Below are positions 14,049 to 21,487 of a stretch of DNA of 35,388 nt, in pieces. The stretch's first letter is position 1. The number at the start of each line of letters is the position of its first letter. Location of the stretch: the IMG/VR virus record IMGVR_UViG_3300017755_000030. One strand, 5' to 3'. Source of the stretch: a virus. A program made the translations under genes and the position numbers. A model generated the notes under the pieces. It was not told the origin of the DNA, did not search any database, and was given only the letters and a program-made list of their open reading frames with translations.

Positions 14049-14750
14049 ATGGCAGATAGATTTTTAGATTTTATTGATATGATTGACGGCGGTGGCGCTG
14101 GCACAATGGGCGATAAGTTTGAGGGCGGCGGTATATTCTCTATGCTGGCCAATGCTCTTGCAACTCCATATGGGTCAGAGGATGATGAGCGTAAGCGCCG
14201 CGTGCTTCAGATGCGTGGTTTGCTTGCGCCGGATGAAAGCATCGCGCCAAGCGCTGCCCCACGTCCTACAGTGACACGCGGTGGTGGCGCTGGTCAGGCA
14301 CAATCCGTTGCGGCTCCTGCGCCGAGTTATGCGAACATGCCGATGGGCGAGATGGGCCGTGGTGGTATGCCCGCCGCACCAAGCATGACGTTTGGTAATA
14401 TTCCTGTTGGCGGTGGTATGCCTGCTGCGCGCGCAGCAGCGCCAAGTGTTCAGTCGGAGATGGCACTTCCAGATCAAAATAATATTTTTAACGGTGTGAC
14501 GACGCAATTTGGAATGCCTATAATTCAAGATGAAACCATGCGTGATCCTTTCGGATATCGCTTGCCTTTTTCTGATGCAAATCAGGCTTCAGACATGGTT
14601 GCCCCGACTATGGTGACTCCGCGAACGGAGCGCGGTATAAGCTCTCCAGAAGGCACCGAAGCTTTACGGGCTAGGGCGGCTCTTAGATCACGTTTTCCGT
14701 TTGCTACTGAGCAAGAAATTGACCAAGCAATGAAAATGTCAGGTATGTAA
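14049..14750 (+). CDS. Hypothetical virion-module protein (Gly/Ala/Pro-rich middle region)
   Basis: 233-aa ORF coupled to its neighbours (TAGCATG upstream, TAATG downstream). Confidence 0.65.
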   Translation: MADRFLDFIDMIDGGGAGTMGDKFEGGGIFSMLANALATPYGSEDDERKRRVLQMRGLLAPDESIAPSAAPRPTVTRGGGAGQAQSVAAPAPSYANMPMGEMGRGGMPAAPSMTFGNIPVGGGMPAARAAAPSVQSEMALPDQNNIFNGVTTQFGMPIIQDETMRDPFGYRLPFSDANQASDMVAPTMVTPRTERGISSPEGTEALRARAALRSRFPFATEQEIDQAMKMSGM

Positions 14751-15025
14751 TGCCTCGCACCAAGTCAGAGAAAATAGCAGCAGCCAAGAAGCGCCACGGG
14801 TTTACAGCGGTGAATAAGCCTAGACGTGGCGGGCCAAAGAAGTTTGAGGTGCTTGCTGTTGAGGGTGACACGGTGAAGAAAATTAACTTTGGCGACCCAA
14901 ATATGTCTATCAAGAAGGATCAGCCCAAGCGCAAGGCATCATACTGCGCAAGGTCGGGCGGGATTAAGGGCAAGTCAAGCAAACTAAGCGCCAACTATTG
15001 GTCGCGCAAAGCATGGGATTGTTAG
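14750..15025 (+). CDS. Small basic conserved phage protein (91 aa)
   Basis: The pattern GDPNMSIKKDQPKRKASYCARSGG...KLSANYWSRKAW resembles a family seen in marine podoviruses. Function unknown. Confidence 0.6.
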   Translation: MPRTKSEKIAAAKKRHGFTAVNKPRRGGPKKFEVLAVEGDTVKKINFGDPNMSIKKDQPKRKASYCARSGGIKGKSSKLSANYWSRKAWDC

Positions 15026-15646
15026 ATGGCAATTACAACATACGCAGAGCTGCAATCCAGCATCGCTGACTTTCTGAACCGCGATGACTTAACCAGCACA
15101 ATCCCCACGTTTATTTCGCTGGCCGAGGCAAACTTTAATCGCACCGTGCGTCATTGGCGTATGGAAAAGCGCAGCACGGCGATTGTAAGCGCGCAATACA
15201 CCGGCCTGCCCTCTGATTTTTTAGAGCCGCTACGGTTTAGCATTACGAGCGGCACGACCAGACGCCTTGAGTTGCTTAGCCAAGCGCAAATGCTTGATCG
15301 CCGTCAGGATAGCCACAACGTTACGGGAGATCCTAGATATTACGCAATGACGGACGGCTCAATTGAATTGTTGCCGACCCCCGCTGCTGATCGCACGCTG
15401 GAGATGGTGTATTATGGCAGCCCGCCATCATTAAGCGGCAGCAATACAAGCAACTGGCTTTTAACTTACTACCCCGATGCGTATCTATACGGCGCATTGG
15501 TTCACAGCGCACCATATCTTGCCGATGATAATCGAATACAAGTTTGGGCGGCATTGCTGCAGAGTGCCATAGATGGTATAAACGCAGATAGCGAAAAGGC
15601 CACATATGGTGGAGTTGGCCATAAAATGAAGATTAGGAGTTACTAA
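15026..15646 (+). CDS. Head-tail adaptor-like protein (putative)
   Basis: N-terminus ITTYAELQSSIADFLNRDDLTSTIPTFISLAEANFNR matches my recollection of proteins annotated as phage adaptor. Lies directly upstream of the fibre genes. Confidence 0.5.
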   Translation: MAITTYAELQSSIADFLNRDDLTSTIPTFISLAEANFNRTVRHWRMEKRSTAIVSAQYTGLPSDFLEPLRFSITSGTTRRLELLSQAQMLDRRQDSHNVTGDPRYYAMTDGSIELLPTPAADRTLEMVYYGSPPSLSGSNTSNWLLTYYPDAYLYGALVHSAPYLADDNRIQVWAALLQSAIDGINADSEKATYGGVGHKMKIRSY

Positions 15647-16018
15647 ATGGCAACGTTAAACGATAGGGTACTAGATAACGGTTTGACCGTTTTGGACACC
15701 GAAGCAAATAGAGTTGATATTTGCTCTGCCGAGCCAACTACATACGCCGCTGCGACAAGCACGCTAACGCTTGGCAATGAAACCAGCATAAGCATATCAG
15801 CCCCCGCCGATGCTTCGCCAAACGGACGTAAGGTTACGCTGTCGGCTATCACTGGTGCATCTGTGACTGCTACCGGCACGGCAACGCACTATGCGATTAC
15901 TGATACTGGCAACAGCCGTTTGCTTGCTACCGGCGCATTATCATCATCACAGGCTGTGACTTCTGGAAACACATTTTCTCTGACAGCATCAGATATTCGC
16001 ATTCCAGATCCAGCATAA
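15647..16018 (+). CDS. Hypothetical structural protein (123 aa, Thr/Ser/Ala-rich)
   Basis: ORF with a TAAATG junction to the upstream gene. Located in the tail module. Confidence 0.65.
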   Translation: MATLNDRVLDNGLTVLDTEANRVDICSAEPTTYAAATSTLTLGNETSISISAPADASPNGRKVTLSAITGASVTATGTATHYAITDTGNSRLLATGALSSSQAVTSGNTFSLTASDIRIPDPA

Positions 16019-16029
16019 GGGGCTGAGCA

Positions 16030-17583
16030 ATGGCCGTTCTTAAAAATCGGGCAAAGATGTCCACCAGTACCACAGGCACTGGAACAATTACGCTTGGCTC
16101 TGTTGAGGATGGCTATCAGACTTTTGCTGATGCTGGCGTGGCAAACGCAGATGTGGTTCGCTACGTCATCGAGGATGGCAGCAACTTTGAGATAGGCACA
16201 GGCACCTATACAAGCTCTGGCACCACCCTGTCTCGCACCGTAAGCGAGAGCAGCAACTCAAACAATGCCATTAACCTTAGCGGCTCAGCTACGGTGTTTA
16301 TCGGGGCTACGGCTGAAGATATTCCTGCGCTTTATGCTGACAACGCTTCTGGAGCCACTACGCCGATAGCCAGTGGCACAAATGCAGTAGCACTAGGTTC
16401 TGGAGGCAGGGCATCAGGAACAGATACACTTGCTTTTAATAATAACTTTTCTTCTTACGGAGCCTCTGCAACAGGGGCGATTGCGCTAGGATATAAAACA
16501 AGAGCGCAAGGCAGCTATAGTTTAGCTATTGGGAAAAATGCAAACTCTTCAGGGAACGGCTGTATATCTCTGGGTGAAAATTCAAGTGCTACTTTTAATC
16601 ATGGTGTAGCGATTGGATATGGCAGTTACTCCCTTAATAATACTCATGCTGTAGCAATTGGGTATAATAGTGTTTCTACCGGCGGTGGGAGTTATTCTCT
16701 TGCCTTGATGAACAGTAACTCAAATGGGGCAAATAGCCTTGCTGCACAAATAGTCAACAACACCACAAGCTATGGCGCACAGGGTGCTAATAGTATTGCG
16801 ATGGGTTATCAGGCTAAAGCTTCTGTTCAAGGTGCTGTTGCTATAGGCTATGGAGCATTAGCAGAAAATAATACCCATGCAGTTGCAATCGGTAGATCAT
16901 ATGCAGATGGCGCAGACAGTTTTGCTGCGGCTATAGGTAATCCTCATAGTAGTCTAGGTGCTAAAGGCGATCAGTCCGTTGCTATAGGTAATGGAGCAAC
17001 AGCTAGTGGCGGCAATCACTCACTTGCATTAGGGGGTAATACTGTTGCTTCGGGAAGTTATGCGGCTGCAATCGGTGGGGGTAACACTGGGAACGAAGCA
17101 ACAAACCAAGGTAGTTTTGCCTTTGGCAGAGGCGCAAAATCAGATATACAAGGAAAATTTGCATTTGCTAGTGATAGATTTGCAGCAAATGGTGATGCTC
17201 AAGGGGGCATGTATATTCTTCGGGCAGATACTACAGATGCCACTGCAACGGTTTTAACAACTAACAATAGCAGCGCAGGGTCTAATGACCAAATCGTAGC
17301 TAACGCTGACACTTGCATCATGTTCTCAGGCACACTTGTGGCAATGCAGAATGGCGCACAGGATCAGGGTGGCTGGGAGATTAAAGGCTTACTGAAGAAT
17401 GACGGTGGTACAACTACCTTAGTAAGCAGCAATATACAAACATTTGATGACGGTAATGGTTGGACTGTAGCTTTGTCAGCCGACAACACAAACAACGCCT
17501 TAGCAATTACCTGTACAGGTGAAGCTGCACATAACATTCGTTGGGTTGCTAACATTCAGACCAGTGAGGTGACGTATGCTTAG
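16030..17583 (+). CDS. Tail fibre protein 1 with YadA/Hep_Hag-like head repeats
   Basis: N-terminal anchor-type domain (TGTGTITLGS...YVIEDGSNFEIGTGTY). Many repeats of the type AVALGSG / SLAIGKNA / AVAIGYNS / SIAMGYQAKAS. The C-terminal roughly 125 aa are shared with the next gene. Confidence 0.75.
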   Translation: MAVLKNRAKMSTSTTGTGTITLGSVEDGYQTFADAGVANADVVRYVIEDGSNFEIGTGTYTSSGTTLSRTVSESSNSNNAINLSGSATVFIGATAEDIPALYADNASGATTPIASGTNAVALGSGGRASGTDTLAFNNNFSSYGASATGAIALGYKTRAQGSYSLAIGKNANSSGNGCISLGENSSATFNHGVAIGYGSYSLNNTHAVAIGYNSVSTGGGSYSLALMNSNSNGANSLAAQIVNNTTSYGAQGANSIAMGYQAKASVQGAVAIGYGALAENNTHAVAIGRSYADGADSFAAAIGNPHSSLGAKGDQSVAIGNGATASGGNHSLALGGNTVASGSYAAAIGGGNTGNEATNQGSFAFGRGAKSDIQGKFAFASDRFAANGDAQGGMYILRADTTDATATVLTTNNSSAGSNDQIVANADTCIMFSGTLVAMQNGAQDQGGWEIKGLLKNDGGTTTLVSSNIQTFDDGNGWTVALSADNTNNALAITCTGEAAHNIRWVANIQTSEVTYA

Positions 17584-17595
17584 GAGTAATAAATA

Positions 17596-18777
17596 ATGGG
17601 TTCTATTAATATTGATAACACAGGCTCAGGTGGCGGTGTTACACTTAGCTCTGACGGTACTGACTTACTCTTAGATGGCAGCGCAATTGGCGGCGGTGGC
17701 GGTGGTGGTGCAGATCTTTATGCTGCTAATGAAAGTAGTCCATCAGCACAGCCAAGCGCCACTGGGGCTAATGCTGTAGCGATAGGAGACAGCGCTGTAG
17801 CAAGCGGTGCAGACGCTTTAGCATTTGGTGACGGGGCTACTTCATCAAGCACAAGATCTACTGCAATTGGTTATAACCCAACTGCGTCAGGTATTAACTC
17901 TGTTGCGATTGGCCCTAACGCAAATTCTAGTAACTTTTACACGGTTGCAATCGGTTCACCTTCTAATGGAGCTGGATCAGTTGCTACAAGTGCTTTTTCA
18001 GCTATAGCGATAAATGGTTACGCTTCTGGTACAGACAGCCTAGCAGCAGCTATAGCAAGCAACAGTTCAAGCTATGGGGCGAGCGGGGCGAACAGCATCG
18101 CGATGGGGCGACTATCGAAGACTAGTGGCGCTGACGGAATTAGTATTGGAGACAACAATATTGTCAGCAACTCTAAGGGGATTGCTTTAGGTTCATCCCA
18201 CTCTATATCCGGCGTTTCGGGTTATGCGATTGGCGATAGTCATACAGTTAGTGGGTTTGGCGCAGCTTGTATCGGCGGTTCTACATCTGCTGCAACTCAA
18301 ACCTACGCAATGACATTTGGGCCATATGCTAAAGCGGCTGTTCAAAACGCATTTATCTTTGGTTCTAAGGGGTGGTTTTCTGCGGGGTCAGCGCAAGGTG
18401 GTATGTATATTCTGTATGCAGACACCACAGATGCAACTGCTGAAGCACTAACCACAACTAACAGCACCGCTGGAAGCACAAACCAAATCGTAGCGGCCAA
18501 TGACACCTGCATCACCTTCGACGGCACCATAACCGCGATGCAGAACGGCGCACAAGCATATGCCTCATGGAAGATTGAGGGATTGCTGGTGAATGACGGC
18601 GGCACAACCACCCTCGCTAACTCCGCAACCACAGTCATCCAAAACTCATCTGGGTGGGGCATGGCTCTTTCAGCCGATAACACCAATAACGCGCTTGCCA
18701 TCACCTGCACTGGTGAGGCTGCGCACAATATACGTTGGGTGGCAAACATTAGAACCACCGAAGTAACTTACGCCTAA
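17596..18777 (+). CDS. Tail fibre protein 2 (paralog of fibre 1, without the N-terminal anchor domain)
   Basis: Gly-rich N-terminus and the same Hep_Hag-like repeats. The C-terminus GGMYIL.ADTTDATA...ALSADNTNNALAITCTGEAAHNIRWVANI.T.EVTYA is nearly identical in protein sequence to fibre 1. Confidence 0.75.
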   Translation: MGSINIDNTGSGGGVTLSSDGTDLLLDGSAIGGGGGGGADLYAANESSPSAQPSATGANAVAIGDSAVASGADALAFGDGATSSSTRSTAIGYNPTASGINSVAIGPNANSSNFYTVAIGSPSNGAGSVATSAFSAIAINGYASGTDSLAAAIASNSSSYGASGANSIAMGRLSKTSGADGISIGDNNIVSNSKGIALGSSHSISGVSGYAIGDSHTVSGFGAACIGGSTSAATQTYAMTFGPYAKAAVQNAFIFGSKGWFSAGSAQGGMYILYADTTDATAEALTTTNSTAGSTNQIVAANDTCITFDGTITAMQNGAQAYASWKIEGLLVNDGGTTTLANSATTVIQNSSGWGMALSADNTNNALAITCTGEAAHNIRWVANIRTTEVTYA

Positions 18778-18788
18778 AGGAGATACCA

Positions 18789-19094
18789 ATGGCTATACAA
18801 CACAACATTGCAGAAGGTGCCTCACAATATGGCATTAGCTTTAATAACGCATACTACCGCATCGTTACAGCGGCTGTCAGCCGTCAACGTGGGTCAGACC
18901 CCAAGTTTACCGTGATGATTGACCTCAGCGCATATGCAACAAGCTCGCCGACCGATGACACCCGCGAGGTGGACTTCAAGCGTTACAACGCAAATCTCAC
19001 AGATGTAGAAGCTGCGTCTGGCTCTACATTCTTGGATAAATGTTATGCGTGGGTGATGGCGCAAGCCGATATGGATGGCTCTTCAGCCGTATAG
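18789..19094 (+). CDS. Hypothetical protein (101 aa) in the fibre cluster
   Basis: ORF with AAGGAGA RBS. Confidence 0.65.
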   Translation: MAIQHNIAEGASQYGISFNNAYYRIVTAAVSRQRGSDPKFTVMIDLSAYATSSPTDDTREVDFKRYNANLTDVEAASGSTFLDKCYAWVMAQADMDGSSAV

Positions 19095-19103
19095 GAGTGA
19101 CTT

Positions 19104-19628
19104 ATGGCTTTAGTATTATCACACGTTTCAACCACAGACATAACGTCGTCTACTTCAAGTGTTAATCTGTCTTTGCCTAGTGATTTTTCTATATTTCAGT
19201 TGCTGGGGGAAGACATAACTGGCTCTGGTACGCTAACCTTCTATTTGAGGGTTAGCACAGATGGAGGCTCAACTTTTAAGTCAGGAAGCACAGACTATAA
19301 TACAGCTGGACGTTATAGATATGTCGCTAGCAATGGCTCTGGTTCAGTCAATATTGGAGTTATTGGTGGTTCAAATCACATTGAAATACTAAAAAACTCT
19401 GGATCTGTCAGCGATGGTTTTAATTTTAATTATCACTTGTATGGGGCGAACAATTCGGCGCTGCGGTTTTGTATGAATGGTGCATACACTGCGGTGGATA
19501 GTGTTAAACTTTTGGACACCAGTTTAAGCGGCAGTTATGACGCTACTACCGTCGTTACAGATATTCAAATCTCTATGGCTAGTGGAACTATCGAAAGCGG
19601 TAAAATTAGATTGTACGGAGTGGCATAA
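19104..19628 (+). CDS. Hypothetical beta-rich protein (174 aa), possible fibre/receptor-binding accessory
   Basis: ORF with AGGAG RBS. Ser/Thr/Gly/Asn-rich, ending GKIRLYGVA. AT-richer than its flanks. Confidence 0.6.
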   Translation: MALVLSHVSTTDITSSTSSVNLSLPSDFSIFQLLGEDITGSGTLTFYLRVSTDGGSTFKSGSTDYNTAGRYRYVASNGSGSVNIGVIGGSNHIEILKNSGSVSDGFNFNYHLYGANNSALRFCMNGAYTAVDSVKLLDTSLSGSYDATTVVTDIQISMASGTIESGKIRLYGVA

Positions 19629-19900
19629 TGAAAAAGTATGTAAACGGCGTTCTAACCGATATGACCGCAGATGAAATAGCTGCTCGCCAAGCTGAAGAAG
19701 CTGCATGGGCTGCAGGTGCTAACGACAGAGCGGCAGCGGAAGTCAGAGAAAAGCGCAACAGCTTAATCGCAGAAACCGATTATCTGGCACTGTCAGACAA
19801 CACGATGACATCAGATATGCAGACGTACAGACAGGCGCTGCGAGACATTCCAAGCCAATCTGGCTTCCCGACGAATGTCACTTGGCCGACGAAGCCATAA
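19628..19900 (+). CDS. Tail fibre assembly chaperone-like protein
   Basis: EKRNSLIAETDYLALSDNTMTSDMQTYRQALRDIPSQSGFPTNVTWP resembles the conserved C-terminal pattern of tail-fibre assembly proteins. Confidence 0.55.
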   Translation: MKKYVNGVLTDMTADEIAARQAEEAAWAAGANDRAAAEVREKRNSLIAETDYLALSDNTMTSDMQTYRQALRDIPSQSGFPTNVTWPTKP

Positions 19901-19910
19901 GGAGTAATAC

Positions 19911-20570
19911 ATGCTAGGTTTCAGCCCCTTAGCGTCTGCCCCATTAGCCGACACAGGGGCTGTTGCAGATGCAGCGTTTGGCCTCGATGACATTGTTACT
20001 GGCGCTCCCACGGTTGCCGCGTCAACAATCTCTCAGGCGCACGTTATTACGTCAGCCGACATCACTGCTGGTGCGCCAACAGTAGGAACGCCAAGCGTTT
20101 CGTCGGGTCAATCGCTCACAAGCACCGACATCACGGCTGGCACACCCACGGTGGCTGCCTCAACGATTAGCCAAGCACACACGCTCACAGCGGTTGATAT
20201 TACGTCTGGCGTTCCAACTGTCGGTACGCCGTCGATTGGCGCTGACACGCAGCTTACTGCCGCTGATATTACGGCTGGTGCGCCTACGGTTGGCAATGTC
20301 ACGCTTATCCCGAATGAGCAGCTAACGGCTGGTGATATTACGTCCGGCACCCCGACTGTCGCTGCCTCAACGATAACGCAAATCATCAGCTTAACGGCTG
20401 ACAGCATCACGGCTGGCGCTCCGACTGTCGGCGCTCCAAGCGTCACGCAGAGCCAAGCGCTGACAGCATCTGACATCGTGGCCGGTGTGCCAATTGTCGG
20501 CCCAGCACGGTTTAAGTGGCAAGTCGAAACTGTGCCAGCGGCGGTCTGGACAGAGCAGGAAGCAGCATAG
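19911..20570 (+). CDS. Tandem-repeat (8 x about 23 aa) tail/fibre-associated protein
   Basis: Repeats LTxxDITAGxPTV(AASTISQAH / GTPSV...) read directly from the translation. Confidence 0.7.
   Translation: MLGFSPLASAPLADTGAVADAAFGLDDIVTGAPTVAASTISQAHVITSADITAGAPTVGTPSVSSGQSLTSTDITAGTPTVAASTISQAHTLTAVDITSGVPTVGTPSIGADTQLTAADITAGAPTVGNVTLIPNEQLTAGDITSGTPTVAASTITQIISLTADSITAGAPTVGAPSVTQSQALTASDIVAGVPIVGPARFKWQVETVPAAVWTEQEAA
19983..20520 (+). repeat. Coding tandem repeats of about 69 bp, about 8 copies, in two alternating subtypes
   Basis: Periodicity is visible in protein and DNA (…ACGGCTGG(C/T)GC(G/T)CC(A/G)AC…). The copies are diverged at synonymous positions. Confidence 0.7.
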
Positions 20571-20620
20571 TGTTTGCTGGCAAAATGATATATAGTGCAA
20601 AAAAAGCGCGAGGCGATTAA

Positions 20621-21487
20621 ATGACGATCAGCATAACCAAACCCACAGTCGGCGGTTCAGAGAATACATGGGGAACCACGATCAACGCGGCACTTGATGA
20701 CGTTGTGGACGTTCTGAACGGTGATACCGCAAGCACCCCAGACTTAACTGCTGGATCATGGAAGGTCGGCGGCACGGCTGTTACTGCTGATGCTGCGGAG
20801 ATTAATAAGCTGGACGGCTTAACAGCCTCTACGAGTGAACTAAATAAACTGGACGGTGTGACGGCTACTACAGCAGAGTTGAACCATACTGACGGTGTGA
20901 CCAGCAACATCCAGACGCAGTTAAACGCCAAGGCTTCTACGTCAACAAGCATTTCCGCTGGCGGCGGTTTAACGGGTGGTGGGTCTTTAGCGTCCAACCG
21001 CACCATCAGCCACTCGGACACATCAAGCCAAGGCAGCGTAAACAACAGCGGCACGACGGTTATCCAAGACATCAGCCTTGACACATATGGTCACGTTACG
21101 TCTATCGGAAGCACAACAATTAGTATTCCGACTGGCGGCCCTAACTATGCAAGCCCTTCTTTTGGGTACAGAAGCTCTGACGGAACTGTCACAACCGCTG
21201 GCTCTGGGGGTATGTATGGGGAATATAAGTTTAATGTTCCACACAACGCGGGAAGTGGCACAATCAGTGTAACTGGCTCTGGCTCATTCATAACGTGTAC
21301 TTCTGGGGCCAGTGGCTACAACACTAGCGTAAGCCCAAGCAGCACGAGCGCAAGGACAACGAGTTTTTCCCTCTCCGCATATCAGGTTGCTGGAGGATCA
21401 TTTTACCTTGGCCCAAATGGCTCATTAAGTATTGATGTGAACTCTAGCGGCAGGGCAAATGTTTCAACCATTGGGTTTGCTTTATAA
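20621..21487 (+). CDS. Tail fibre-like protein
   Basis: N-terminus ITKPTVGGSENTWGTTINAALDDV, followed by the repeats EINKLDGLTASTSELNKLDGVTATTAELNHTDGVTS, which are typical of phage fibre shafts. Confidence 0.65.
   Translation: MTISITKPTVGGSENTWGTTINAALDDVVDVLNGDTASTPDLTAGSWKVGGTAVTADAAEINKLDGLTASTSELNKLDGVTATTAELNHTDGVTSNIQTQLNAKASTSTSISAGGGLTGGGSLASNRTISHSDTSSQGSVNNSGTTVIQDISLDTYGHVTSIGSTTISIPTGGPNYASPSFGYRSSDGTVTTAGSGGMYGEYKFNVPHNAGSGTISVTGSGSFITCTSGASGYNTSVSPSSTSARTTSFSLSAYQVAGGSFYLGPNGSLSIDVNSSGRANVSTIGFAL

Noticed and set aside
16030-18777. Possible diversity-generating retroelement (template/variable repeat pair), because two fibre genes share a C-terminal segment.
   Set aside because: No reverse transcriptase gene exists anywhere in the genome. 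The differences between the two copies are spread over all bases, mostly at synonymous third positions, rather than being adenine-specific.
20108-20476. 122-aa minus-strand ORF antisense to the tandem-repeat gene. Similar long antisense ORFs occur at 12914-13420, 6986-7429, 18342-18758, 20617-21084 and 21841-22236.
   Set aside because: They lie fully inside strongly supported plus-strand genes and lack RBS or coupling. Their low-complexity translations mirror the sense-strand repeats or codon bias, so they are most likely shadow ORFs.
19983-20520. A regular array of about 69-bp repeats that might superficially resemble a CRISPR array.
   Set aside because: The repeats are contiguous with no unique spacers, they are in frame within one ORF, and they are diverged. 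There are no cas genes.
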